Both the position numbers and the translations under genes were made by a program. The notes beneath the pieces were generated by a model. That model ran no database searches and had not been told where the DNA came from. It was given only the letters and a program-made list of their open reading frames with translations. A stretch of 64,000 nucleotides of DNA from a bacterium (GTDB lineage Bacteria > Zhuqueibacterota > QNDG01 > DSAB01), in NCBI GenBank assembly GCA_016931965.1, contig JAFGDT010000086.1, positions 129,142 through 193,141 on the forward strand, given 5' to 3'. Numbering within the stretch: position 1 is the stretch's first letter; every line of letters starts with the position of its first letter. Below are positions 30,045-39,741 of this stretch, in pieces.

Positions 30045-32250
30045 TGTGGATAATGTATCCCTTTTAGTTGCTGGAAGCACGGGACAAGATTTCATCCCGA
30101 AGGAGTACCTTCCAAAAGGAAAAGATGACCATTACCTGCGAAACGAACAAACGTTCTGGCCGGACAAACGATGGCGACATCTGCAGATGAATGAGGTCGA
30201 AAGATTGGTCAGAAATTTGAACACCGCGGATAATTGGAATGAAATCCTGGTGACAGATCAATTTGATCCAGATCACATTTACAATAGCCAGTTTCATGGT
30301 TTGGTGAGAATTGGATCCTTAGAAAGCGCCATTCTCGAACATCATGACTTGAAATTGCCATGTGGCATCACAAACAGTGTGATTGTTTCCAGTGACATTG
30401 GGGATCATGTCGCCATCCACAATGTGAGCTACCTCGCCCATTACATTATCGGTAACCGGTGTATCCTCTTCAATATCGACGAAATGCACACCACCGATCA
30501 TGCCAAATTCGGAAACGGTATCATCAAACAGGGAGAACCGGAGAAAGTCCGAATATGGCTCGACCTGATGAATGAAACAGGGTGTCGGCGCATCCTGCCG
30601 TTTGACGGCATCATCCCGGCAGACGCTTATCTGTGGGCAAAATACAGGGACGATTTGCCATTACAAAAAAGATTGAAAGAAATCACACAAAATCGATTCG
30701 ATGATCGTCGCGGCCTGTATGGTACGGTGGAAGAGCAGTCTGTGGTTAAAAATTCACGCATTCTGAAAGATGTCAAAATCGGATCCCACTGTTATATCAA
30801 GGGCGCCAACAAGCTGAAAAATCTGACCATCAACTCATCTGAATCCGGGTCGACCCAAATTGGAGAGGGTGTTGAACTCGTAAACGGCATCATCGGTTAC
30901 GGCTGTCACATATTTTATGGATGCAAGGCCGTCCGCTTTATCCTGGGTGATAATTCCAATCTCAAGTACGGGGCCCGACTGATCAACTCGTTTCTGGGAG
31001 ACAATTCAACTATATCCTGCTGTGAAGTGTTGAACAATTTGATTTTCCCGGCTCACGAACAGCATCACAACAATTCGTTCTTGATCGCTTCCGTCGTGAA
31101 AGGACAGAGCAACATCGCAGCCGGTGCAACAATCGGATCGAATCACAACAGCCGCGCGAACGACAATGAGATAGAGGCAGGACGCGGATTCTGGCCGGGA
31201 TTGTGTACCAGTATCAAGCATTCCTGCCGGTTTGCCTCTTTCGTCCTGCTGGCCAAAGCCGATTACCCGGCAGAACTCGATATCCCCTTGCCTTTTTCTT
31301 TATTGAACAACAACAGTTCAAAAGATCAATTGGAAGTCCTGCCTGCCTACTGGTGGTTGTATAACATGTACGCCTTGGCCAGAAATGCCTGGAAATTCCA
31401 TTCGCGAGACAAGCGTTCCAACAAAATGCAGCACATTGAATTTGATGCGCTGGCACCCGATACCGCTGAAGAAATATTCCAAGCCCGTTTGCTGCTTGAA
31501 ATATGGACAGCCAAAGCCTATCTGCGCCATCAAAATAAAAAGATCGAAAGTAAAAGTAAGAGTGAATTGATTCAAATGGGCCGCAAACTGCTTCACGAAT
31601 CTGAAGATCAAATCAAGAATTTGGAAATTCTGGGTGAATGCATGGAAAAATCAAAACGCAAGGTGGTTATTTTGAAAGCGGTTGAAGCCTACCATGCCTA
31701 CAGCGATATGCTGCACTATTACGCTGTTAAGGTACTCTTGGGAATGATGAAAGAAAACAAAAATATCGGATTTTCTGCACTATCCAATACACTTGCCGGT
31801 AACCGGGAAACCGCATGGGTCAATATCGGCGGCCAACTCGCCAGAAAGAAAGATGTGGATCAACTGAGATCCGATATTGGCGAACAAAAATTGAATACCT
31901 GGGAGGACATTCATCTTCGGTATGACCAACTCTGGGATCAATACCCTTTGGAAAAACAGCGTCACGCATTGGCTACACTGTGCGATTTACTGGGGACCAA
32001 AACCTTATACAAGGAACAATGGATAGACGCTCTCAAAAAAGCGGTTGTTATACAGAAATATATCGATGAACAGGTTTACGTCTCTCGAAAGAAGGATTAT
32101 GTCAATCCGTTTCGGCGGGCCACTTTCCGCAATGACGATGAGATGATGGCTGCCATCGGAGATATCGAGGACAACAGCTTTATTCAGCAGGTCAGAGCGG
32201 AAACCCATCAATTTGAAAAAGATGTTCGGGCAATTATGAAACGGAACTAA
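30045..32250 (+). CDS. Large left-handed beta-helix (hexapeptide-repeat) protein, DUF4954-like
   Basis: Probable GTG start at 30045 preceded by AAGGAG. Repeated [LIV]G-x-x-x-x-I hexapeptide segments in the central region are followed by a C-terminal helical domain. It is paired with a SIS-domain gene. Confidence 0.5.
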
Positions 32251-32295
32251 ACGGTAGAAACGAGACAACTACATGATAAATAAAGGAAAACGGAC

Positions 32296-33312
32296 ATGAA
32301 TCGCGATCATGAAAAGTACAGTCGATTTAAACTGGTTCAGGAAATGATGGACACAATCGGCGTTGTCCAAAACTTTGATATGAATCAAACCAAAGAGGTC
32401 TCCAAAGAAATCAAGAGTGTGGGCCGACTTCTGTTGACGGGTGAAGGATCCAGCCGTATTTTCCCCGCCAAGAATGCGATTCGAAAAGCGCTGAGATGGG
32501 GATTGGATCTCAATATTGTGACGGACGGTTCTCAGCAATCATCACAGTACGATCTATCCAAATTTGCTGTTTTCTGTGCATCCAATTCGGGACGGACCAA
32601 AGAGGTGGTTCTCCTGGCAAAACAGCTGGCACAGACAGGAAACAACCACCGTTACGGATTAACGGCTAATCAAGATACACTGCTGGAAAAAGAATGCACC
32701 CGCACTTTTGTCCTGACATGCGGCTGGGAACAGGCGGTCGCGGCGACCAAAAGTGTTATCGAGCAGGCCCTTTTTTATGAGTCGATTCTCACCCATTTAA
32801 ACGAAAATATCAACACTCCGTCATTATCGGAGTTGGCTTCTCATATCAAAGGGGCTTTGACCTTATCGATTGATTCTGACATCGTCCAAGCGGCCATGAA
32901 TGCATCGACGATCTATTTTGCCGGATACAACGACGGCGTTGCGGAAGAGCTGACTCTGAAGACCAATGAAATCACACAAAGAAAATCAGATTATCTTGAA
33001 GGCACGTACGCGGTTCACGGCATCGAAGAAGTGATGGAGAAAAACGATGTTGTTTTCGTGATCGATCCGATTGAGGATGAAATCAAGAAATTCCAGGAAG
33101 TTCTGGTGAAAGGTGTCGGATTAAAAGTCGTAGCGATTGCAGACCGAGAGATGCCTTTTACAACCATTCATGTCCCGAATGCAGGTGCGTTTGCACCCTA
33201 TGTTTATCTATGCGCGGGATGGAATCTGCTGGTTGAAATCGGTCTGGCGCTGGGTATTGACCTCGACAAACCGGAACGCGCCCGCAAAGTGGGGAATGAG
33301 TTTATCGGCTGA
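32296..33312 (+). CDS. SIS (sugar isomerase) domain protein (AgaS/GlmS-C-like)
   Basis: LLTGEGSSRIFPA and CASNSGRTKEVV phosphosugar-binding motifs; two SIS subdomains. Confidence 0.75.
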   Translation: MNRDHEKYSRFKLVQEMMDTIGVVQNFDMNQTKEVSKEIKSVGRLLLTGEGSSRIFPAKNAIRKALRWGLDLNIVTDGSQQSSQYDLSKFAVFCASNSGRTKEVVLLAKQLAQTGNNHRYGLTANQDTLLEKECTRTFVLTCGWEQAVAATKSVIEQALFYESILTHLNENINTPSLSELASHIKGALTLSIDSDIVQAAMNASTIYFAGYNDGVAEELTLKTNEITQRKSDYLEGTYAVHGIEEVMEKNDVVFVIDPIEDEIKKFQEVLVKGVGLKVVAIADREMPFTTIHVPNAGAFAPYVYLCAGWNLLVEIGLALGIDLDKPERARKVGNEFIG

Positions 33313-33398
33313 TTGAGGATAAAAGACCCCCACGCCAAGCGTAGGTATCAGAAGTGGAAAACAAATTTTTCATCGACATAATTATTGTAGAGAGAATC

Positions 33399-33554
33399 AT
33401 GGAAATAAAAACGAAAATTCTAATATGTTTAATTGTATTCGCTTTTTTAGACATGATTATTCCAATACCCTTTACCGCTCTTATTTTGATATATGTCGTT
33501 CTAGAAAAACCTCCATGGTTTAAAAATTTGGTAACTGATATTTATAAACCTTGA
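33399..33554 (+). CDS. Possible small two-TM membrane protein
   Basis: 51-aa ORF from ATG 33399, hydrophobic (ILICLIVFAFLDMIIPIPFTALILIYVV), AT-rich with no clear RBS. Confidence 0.25.
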   Translation: MEIKTKILICLIVFAFLDMIIPIPFTALILIYVVLEKPPWFKNLVTDIYKP

Positions 33555-33555
33555 C

Positions 33556-33668
33556 CACCTCAGGTATCCTTACCCGAGGTGTATCAGTCAGTGGACTTCC
33601 CAGTCCACTATGAGGCAGAAGTCCCCTAATAATGCGCCTAGGATTGGGAAATCCAGAGCAATCATGAG
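33556..33668 (+). repeat. Structured ~110-nt repeat, copy E1 (twin at 36446-36556)
   Basis: About 82% identical to E2. The hairpins CCTCAGG..CCCGAGG, AGTGGACT-tccc-AGTCCACT and GGATT-ggga-AATCC are all conserved between copies. Confidence 0.6.
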
Positions 33669-33682
33669 AAGTGATATAAAAA

Positions 33683-34399
33683 ATGAAAAGAAGAATAATA
33701 ATCCTGTTTTTTCTTTTCAACATATCCCTCAACCATGACTTTGGTTTTGCATGTTTATGTCCTCCTCCACCTCCCCCAAAAGTGGCGCTAAAAAACAGCG
33801 ATGCCGTGTTTATTGGCCAAGTGATTGAAATGACAATTGATACCACAGATACCTTTGATTTTCTCCTGGCTCCTGTCTATCGGGTAAAACTTACGGTATA
33901 TGCTTCATGGAAGAGAGCAGAATTAGGTGAAATCATTATTACAACATTTATAGAATCAAGCCTCTGCGGATATCCATTCGAGAAAGATACCACTTATCTG
34001 GTTTATGCTTCTATGGAAGAAGATACTTTATTCGCCGGCAGATGCTCAAGAACAAAAAAACTCACCGAATCAGACTACGATTTGAGTGAACTGGGTTTTC
34101 CTACTATTGGTAAATTGCCAGCTGGATTTCCTCGAAACCCAATTCTGTGTCAGAACTATCCCAACCCATTCAACGTATTCACAATCATAAAATATTCGAT
34201 ACCCAGACAAAGTGTTGTCACTTTAAAGCTGTATAATCCGCTTGGTAAAGAAGTGTACACCTTGGTTGATGAATTCCAGGAGCCAACGACATATTCGTTC
34301 AATTTCGATGCAAGCGGACTTTCAAACGGAGTCTATTTTTATCGATTGCAGGTGGAAAACCAATTCGTGGAAACAAAGAAAATGGTACTCATTCGATAA
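33683..34399 (+). CDS. Secreted TIMP/NTR-like domain protein with a T9SS C-terminal sorting domain
   Basis: Signal peptide ends ...FGFA. The predicted mature N-terminus CLCPPPPPPKVALKNSDAVFIGQV resembles TIMP CxCxPxHPQxAFCNSDxVI. ESSLCGYPF matches the TIMP-1 ESVCGY motif and LFAGRCS matches HITTCS. The C-terminal NYPNPFN...GVYFYRLQV...KKMVLIR is a T9SS type-A CTD. Confidence 0.6.
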   Translation: MKRRIIILFFLFNISLNHDFGFACLCPPPPPPKVALKNSDAVFIGQVIEMTIDTTDTFDFLLAPVYRVKLTVYASWKRAELGEIIITTFIESSLCGYPFEKDTTYLVYASMEEDTLFAGRCSRTKKLTESDYDLSELGFPTIGKLPAGFPRNPILCQNYPNPFNVFTIIKYSIPRQSVVTLKLYNPLGKEVYTLVDEFQEPTTYSFNFDASGLSNGVYFYRLQVENQFVETKKMVLIR

Positions 34400-34529
34400 T
34401 CGATAATATAGCAGTAACGTAATCTATGCGGGACGAATTATAGGAAATAAGGAGACAAAATAAAATCAGCAGGAAGAAAAATGAATTGCTGGATATCATT
34501 GACAAAAATGGAAATAGTATAGGGCTTCC

Positions 34530-35192
34530 ATGAAATTTAAAAAAACAGTCATTAAAAAAAATAAAATTTTCGGAAACAGTTCACAATTAATAATCGCCTG
34601 TTTAAAAGACCGCAATTCATATACGGGTTTTATTTCTTGCGGGGAAATAAATAATGATAAGTTTAATATTATTTTTAAAGATATTCCAGCTGTGTTTGGG
34701 AAAAATGGTTTGGGAAAATCTAAAGAAGGAGATAATAAAACACCAGAAGGGATTTTTAAAATTACAGGTGCATTTGGCAGCACAAAACCCTCTTTCAAAT
34801 TAAACATACCCTTTCATATCACATCACAATATGATTATTGGATCGACGATCCTAATTCAAAAGACTATAATACCCTGGTATATTTTCAGGGTGATCCGGA
34901 TTCAAAATGGAATTCTTATGAAAGATTAAATAACCCTCTCTATAAATATGCTATAATCTATGATTATAATAAAGAGTGTATCTCAGGGCTTGGTTCTGCT
35001 CTATTTATTCATATATGGAAAAATCCAGAAGTTCCTACATCTGGATGTACTGCAGTCTCAGAAAAAGATCTTATGAAAATAATCAAATGGCTGGATATAA
35101 ATAAAAATCCGATCCTTATACAAGGATGTATGAATGAAAAAATTTTTATTCAGGATAACATGAATGAAATAAAGGAGTTTTTATGGCATTAA
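34530..35192 (+). CDS. L,D-transpeptidase (YkuD) catalytic-domain protein
   Basis: DNKTPEGIFKI and GSALFIHIW......TSGCTAV (His/Cys catalytic motif). The gene is very AT-rich. Confidence 0.7.
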   Translation: MKFKKTVIKKNKIFGNSSQLIIACLKDRNSYTGFISCGEINNDKFNIIFKDIPAVFGKNGLGKSKEGDNKTPEGIFKITGAFGSTKPSFKLNIPFHITSQYDYWIDDPNSKDYNTLVYFQGDPDSKWNSYERLNNPLYKYAIIYDYNKECISGLGSALFIHIWKNPEVPTSGCTAVSEKDLMKIIKWLDINKNPILIQGCMNEKIFIQDNMNEIKEFLWH

Positions 35193-36415
35193 ATATTTTA
35201 TTCATTCTATTTTTCTTAACTGCATATATAATAGGATTAATAAGACTGATTTTTTTTCATGATGCGACCATCTTTCCTGACTTAATCAACTCCACCTTTG
35301 ATCTGGCAAAAGAAGGTTTTACATTATCTCTTGGATTGGTTGGTATCATGACATTATGGCTCGGGTTTATGCGCATAGGTGAAAAAGCAGGAATCATTCA
35401 AATCTTAGGAAAAGTGGTTAATCCCTTATTTAAAAGGATTTTCCCTGAATTACCGGACGGCCATCCTGCTTACAGCAGTATGCTCATGAATATAGCTGCA
35501 AATATGATCGGGCTGGATAATGCTGCGACACCACTTGGACTCAAAGCCATGCAGCAGCTTCAAGATGCAAATCCCCAAAAAGATACTGCAAGTAATGCCC
35601 AGATTATGTTCCTCGTTATGAATACTTCCGGACTGTGTATTATACCGGTTAGCATTATGATGTACCGCGCAGAATGCGGAGCCATGAATCCATCTGATAT
35701 TTTTATTCCTGTCATTTTAGCTACTTTTTTTTCAACCATCGGCGGTATTACTGCATGTAGTATCATCCAGAGAATAAAAATATTTGATAAAATTATTCTC
35801 GCCTATTTTTTCGGCATTACGAGTTTTATCGTTTTTATAATTTGGACCTTTTCAACCCTTCCGCAGGAAAGTGTTCAAACGATTTCTTTAGTCGCCGGAA
35901 ATACGATTTTATTTACTGTTATTGCCGGATTTATTTTGTACGGTGTAAAGCGGAAAGTAAATATATACGAAGCTTTCATTGAAGGGGCAAAAGGTGGATT
36001 TCAAATTGGTGTGAAAATCATTCCGTATATTGTTGGTATACTCGTTGCGATTGGTGTATTTCGTACTTCAGGAGCACTCAATTATCTGATAAACGGGCTT
36101 GAATCTACACTTCATTTTTTCGGCATGAACACAGATTTTATACCTGCTTTACCTACAGGATTAATGAGACCTCTCAGCGGAAGCGGAGCAAGAGGATTTA
36201 TGATAGATACGATGAACACATATGGTGCCGACAGTTTTGTTGGAAGGCTTTCAAGTATTTTTAATGGCTCAACGGATACAACTTTTTATATTCTGGCTGT
36301 ATATTTTGGCTCAGTGGCTATTAAAAAAACACGGCATGCAGTTGCTGCCGGTCTAATTGCTGATATCATCGGGATCATTGCCTCTATCATCATTGGATAC
36401 ATATTTTTTTATTGA
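35183..36415 (+). CDS. Nucleoside-recognition / spore-maturation SpmA-SpmB-like membrane protein
   Basis: Gate/nucleoside-recognition motifs (GLDNAATPLGLKAMQQLQ), two homologous halves and about 10 TM helices. Confidence 0.7.
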   Translation: MALNILFILFFLTAYIIGLIRLIFFHDATIFPDLINSTFDLAKEGFTLSLGLVGIMTLWLGFMRIGEKAGIIQILGKVVNPLFKRIFPELPDGHPAYSSMLMNIAANMIGLDNAATPLGLKAMQQLQDANPQKDTASNAQIMFLVMNTSGLCIIPVSIMMYRAECGAMNPSDIFIPVILATFFSTIGGITACSIIQRIKIFDKIILAYFFGITSFIVFIIWTFSTLPQESVQTISLVAGNTILFTVIAGFILYGVKRKVNIYEAFIEGAKGGFQIGVKIIPYIVGILVAIGVFRTSGALNYLINGLESTLHFFGMNTDFIPALPTGLMRPLSGSGARGFMIDTMNTYGADSFVGRLSSIFNGSTDTTFYILAVYFGSVAIKKTRHAVAAGLIADIIGIIASIIIGYIFFY

Positions 36416-36445
36416 TCGAATGTAATAGCCATGTATGTTTTGGAT

Positions 36446-36556
36446 CGCCTCGGATATCTCTAACCGAGGTGTATAAGTTGATGGACTTCACAGTCCATTA
36501 TGGAGCAGAAGCCCCATGATAATGCGCCCAGGATTGGGAAATCCAGCGCGATCACA
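36446..36556 (+). repeat. Structured ~110-nt repeat, copy E2
   Basis: See E1. Stem 2 here is ATGGACT-tcac-AGTCCAT, a compensatory G:C to A:T change relative to E1. Confidence 0.6.
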
Positions 36557-36629
36557 TCAGCCCAGCGCTTGGCATCGACCTCGACAAACCGGAACGCGCC
36601 ACAAAGTGGGCAATGAATTCATCGGTTGA
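36557..36629 (+). pseudogene. Frameshifted duplicate of the 3' end (last ~25 codons) of the SIS-domain gene
   Basis: gcccagcgcttggcatcgacctcgacaaaccggaacgcgccacaaagtgggcaatgaattcatcggttga aligns with 33241-33312 (ggtctggcgctgggtattgacctcgacaaaccggaacgcgcccgcaaagtggggaatgagtttatcggctga). There is a 1-nt deletion. Confidence 0.55.
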
Positions 36630-36797
36630 ATTTTCGTAGGGGCAGGTTCCAAACTTGACCCAAAATTTGATCGCGGGGATATCCCCCTATGCGGTGGATT
36701 GAAGAGGGACATCCATCCCATAATAAATGATTCGACCAGGATGGAAAAACTGGCCGACCAAATAGTTAAATCAATTAAAATGACAGGTCGACTCATC

Positions 36798-37724
36798 CTA
36801 AATTATGACCGCGCTTTCACTTCTTGACCGACTTGTCTGATCAGCAAACGATTGATAACGTGTTGGCTGATTGATTCGATAAAAATCCTTAACCCATTTA
36901 ATCAGCTTTGCCGGACCATTGGAAGGATAAGAAACACGCGGTGCTACTTGATCAATCTGGCGAAGGAAAGCGGGATCCGCTATTTTTTCAAAATAGTATT
37001 TTAACTCTTGATCACGCTCCTGTTCCGTCCATTTTTTTCTGAGCTTCTTCTCAAAGTTTAAGCCCGTCACCCTGGGAATGGTGCTGCATTGATCTCCATA
37101 AGCTGATAAAAATTTTCGCCACATATAGAGATCGGTCTGAATTCTTTTCGGTGTCGTTACCCACCCCTCTCCCAGTTTCAGGTAACTCTCCCTGGTATGC
37201 GCGCCGGCCGTCAATCCAAAAAAATTGGGGAAATGCCCCAAAAGCGTGGGTATCCTCTGTTTTCCGAGCATTTTGTTGACGATGGCTTGATTTCTTAAAT
37301 CGATCCAAATCACCTGAGAGAAAAGGGTATTTACGTCTCCGACATCACGAGGCAGGTTCACGCTGGCATGGATCGAGTGGACAAACAGGCAGGTTTTTAA
37401 TGCCTCTTCAACTTCCTGAACATGATTCGGCAGCCATAAATCATCGTGACAACAATAACCAATGATTTCACCTGTTGTTTGTCGGATGACTTCATCCCTA
37501 TAGGGTTCCCCTGTTCGGGGTGATTTTGGATAGATAAAAATCTTGAGGCGGGGATCTTCCTTTCCCATTTCTTTGAAAAAAGAAATCATTTCTTGCGGTG
37601 AGCCGTCACAGATCAGGCAGATTTCAAGTTCCTGGATAGTCTGCTGTTGAACGCTTTGAATCGCCCAGCGGGCAAATCGTGCATTTCCGAATGTCGGGAT
37701 AATGACTGTTGCCCTGGCTGCCAT
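36798..37724 (-). CDS. Glycosyltransferase family 2
   Basis: VIIPTFGN, the DxD-type CDGS motif and the GT-A fold N-terminal half. Confidence 0.75.
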   Translation of the reverse strand: MAARATVIIPTFGNARFARWAIQSVQQQTIQELEICLICDGSPQEMISFFKEMGKEDPRLKIFIYPKSPRTGEPYRDEVIRQTTGEIIGYCCHDDLWLPNHVQEVEEALKTCLFVHSIHASVNLPRDVGDVNTLFSQVIWIDLRNQAIVNKMLGKQRIPTLLGHFPNFFGLTAGAHTRESYLKLGEGWVTTPKRIQTDLYMWRKFLSAYGDQCSTIPRVTGLNFEKKLRKKWTEQERDQELKYYFEKIADPAFLRQIDQVAPRVSYPSNGPAKLIKWVKDFYRINQPTRYQSFADQTSRSRSESAVII

Positions 37725-37733
37725 CGAAATCCC

Positions 37734-38819
37734 CTATATGATACTGGGATCTAAAAAATGATCCGAGGATTCTCCGAAACCTTCTCCCGTTTTACCATCC
37801 TGATAAATTGAAATGAGTTTTTGGACATAATCACTGAAAACCGGCGGTCTGTGCTTTGTGCCGATAAAGCGGTAATTGTTGCTGTTGATCTCGCCGAGTC
37901 GCTTCAACCTCTGAGGGTGCCAGAGAAAATCATCTTCAAGATACTCATTGAGATCGAGCAGTTCGGCATCGTCTTCATATTTGCACTCCGGACCGGCATA
38001 GTTCACTCCGTTGGCTCCGACCTGTATGAGAAAGTGGGACCCGTGGAGCTTTTCGAAAATCAATGGTTTTTTGGAATAACGCTCGTATGGCACCTGAATA
38101 TTAGCGTCTTGCGGTGAGGCTTCCTTAAATTGTTCGATGGTTTCAAGCACTCCAGTCTGATCTGCCTGGGTGGGACGCTCCCGATCCCAATCGATACAAT
38201 AGGGATGAAAATACAGCCAGTCTATGCCACTGTTTAATGCCCGAAGTCCGACCGTTTGATAACGATGGTTCCGTTCCGTACGGGTAAGCATGGAAGCCCC
38301 GATCTGCAGTTCGCTTCCTTCTTTTTCGACACGGTAACGGAGTCCTTCAAGTTTTTTGAGTGTGTGAATAAAATATTCTGAATCTTCATCCTGCCAATCA
38401 TATAGGGAAACACGGATAGACGTAACATACTCCAAGAGAGCATCTTGAATGTCAGCGTGATCAATATACCCCCCATTTGATATAATGGCGATTTCCCTGA
38501 ATCCCTTTTTTCTCGCCAGTGCCACTGTCTCGGGGAAATGGGGTACAATGGTCGGTTCACCCCCGGTGAGTACCAGGCCAGGTGTATGGGGACCCAATAC
38601 ACTGAAAAGCCGGTCAAGAAAGGGAAGCTGGAGCGTGAGACCGGGTTTTCTTGCAGAACAGTATGGACATCCCGGACAGGAGCGGGTACAGAGTTGCGTC
38701 AAATCCAGTTCCATTGTAACGGGGAAGATCTGTTCTCCATCCAAATAGGCTTTTATTCTTTGTGGATCGTGAGCAACTTTTGACGGTGCAAAAATTTTCG
38801 CTTGACCATTGATCATCAT
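37734..38819 (-). CDS. Radical SAM protein (unassigned subfamily)
   Basis: CTRSCPGCPYC (CxxxCxxC) and the GGEPT SAM-binding motif. Confidence 0.65.
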   Translation of the reverse strand: MMINGQAKIFAPSKVAHDPQRIKAYLDGEQIFPVTMELDLTQLCTRSCPGCPYCSARKPGLTLQLPFLDRLFSVLGPHTPGLVLTGGEPTIVPHFPETVALARKKGFREIAIISNGGYIDHADIQDALLEYVTSIRVSLYDWQDEDSEYFIHTLKKLEGLRYRVEKEGSELQIGASMLTRTERNHRYQTVGLRALNSGIDWLYFHPYCIDWDRERPTQADQTGVLETIEQFKEASPQDANIQVPYERYSKKPLIFEKLHGSHFLIQVGANGVNYAGPECKYEDDAELLDLNEYLEDDFLWHPQRLKRLGEINSNNYRFIGTKHRPPVFSDYVQKLISIYQDGKTGEGFGESSDHFLDPSII

Positions 38820-38838
38820 TTTCCTTTCAGCAATTGAG

Positions 38839-39741
38839 TCACCGATTTTCCAAACCGGCCTTTTCCCTGAGTTTCAGAATAACCTGCATGACCTCTTTGG
38901 CATTTTCAAGACTGCAGCGGGGTTTTGGCCCCCCCTGCAAATAGGATAGAAATTCCTTGAGTTCCAGATAAAGGGGGAATGTCGTATCAATGTCCACTTT
39001 TTCCTCACCAGCTTCATTTCGGATTGTAATGTGATCGTCATAGGCATTGTAAAGTTCTGCGCTGCCTTTACTGCCGTGGATACTGACGCCACTGATTTTA
39101 TGACTGTGTCTGCCGCTTACGGAAAGGATGACGGCAACGTCGTTCCCCAGCATGGCCGTGAAGCTGACAGGCAATCCCTCTTCATTTTGAATCACATGAA
39201 TCGCCTGGACCTTGTCCGGGATTGTACCCAGAATATGCTTGACAATCGTCAGGTCGTGAACAGACTGGGTCCAGAACACGTCCCCGCCGTGGAAATCGTT
39301 GACCCAGGCATGCCTGGTTGCACACAATTGAACCAGTTCACCGATTTTTCCGGATCGAGCCACAACACGCAATGTTTCGATCCCCGGGTGGTAATGCCAT
39401 TTATGCATCACAAAGACATATTCGAAACCCCCTAAACCATTTAAAAGATCGAAATCTTCATGAGACAGACAGAGCGTCTTTTCGGAAAAGATCGGTTTTT
39501 TATGTTTGAGCAGACTCGCACACACGCAGGCTAAATCGGGGATGCGGACAGCGACCACATAACCGTCACAAGCTGGCAGGGCTTCCATATCGGAATAAAC
39601 ACGCGAAGCCCCCATCTCGGAAGCACGGTCTCTTGCCCGGCCGTCAATATCAGCCACACGGACCTGGCAGTTCAAGAGGAGCAAATCCCGCAATATATTT
39701 TTCCCCCATCCCCCACAACCGACCAACCCGATGATTTTCAT
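38839..39741 (-). CDS. Gfo/Idh/MocA family NAD(P)-dependent oxidoreductase
   Basis: Rossmann MKIIGLVGCGGWGKN. It is co-oriented and tightly spaced with the radical SAM and GT2 genes. Confidence 0.75.
   Translation of the reverse strand: MKIIGLVGCGGWGKNILRDLLLLNCQVRVADIDGRARDRASEMGASRVYSDMEALPACDGYVVAVRIPDLACVCASLLKHKKPIFSEKTLCLSHEDFDLLNGLGGFEYVFVMHKWHYHPGIETLRVVARSGKIGELVQLCATRHAWVNDFHGGDVFWTQSVHDLTIVKHILGTIPDKVQAIHVIQNEEGLPVSFTAMLGNDVAVILSVSGRHSHKISGVSIHGSKGSAELYNAYDDHITIRNEAGEEKVDIDTTFPLYLELKEFLSYLQGGPKPRCSLENAKEVMQVILKLREKAGLENR

Noticed and set aside
36557-36796. 79-aa minus-strand ORF
   Set aside because: It lies over the degraded duplicate of the SIS gene 3' end on the other strand. 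It is probably non-coding.
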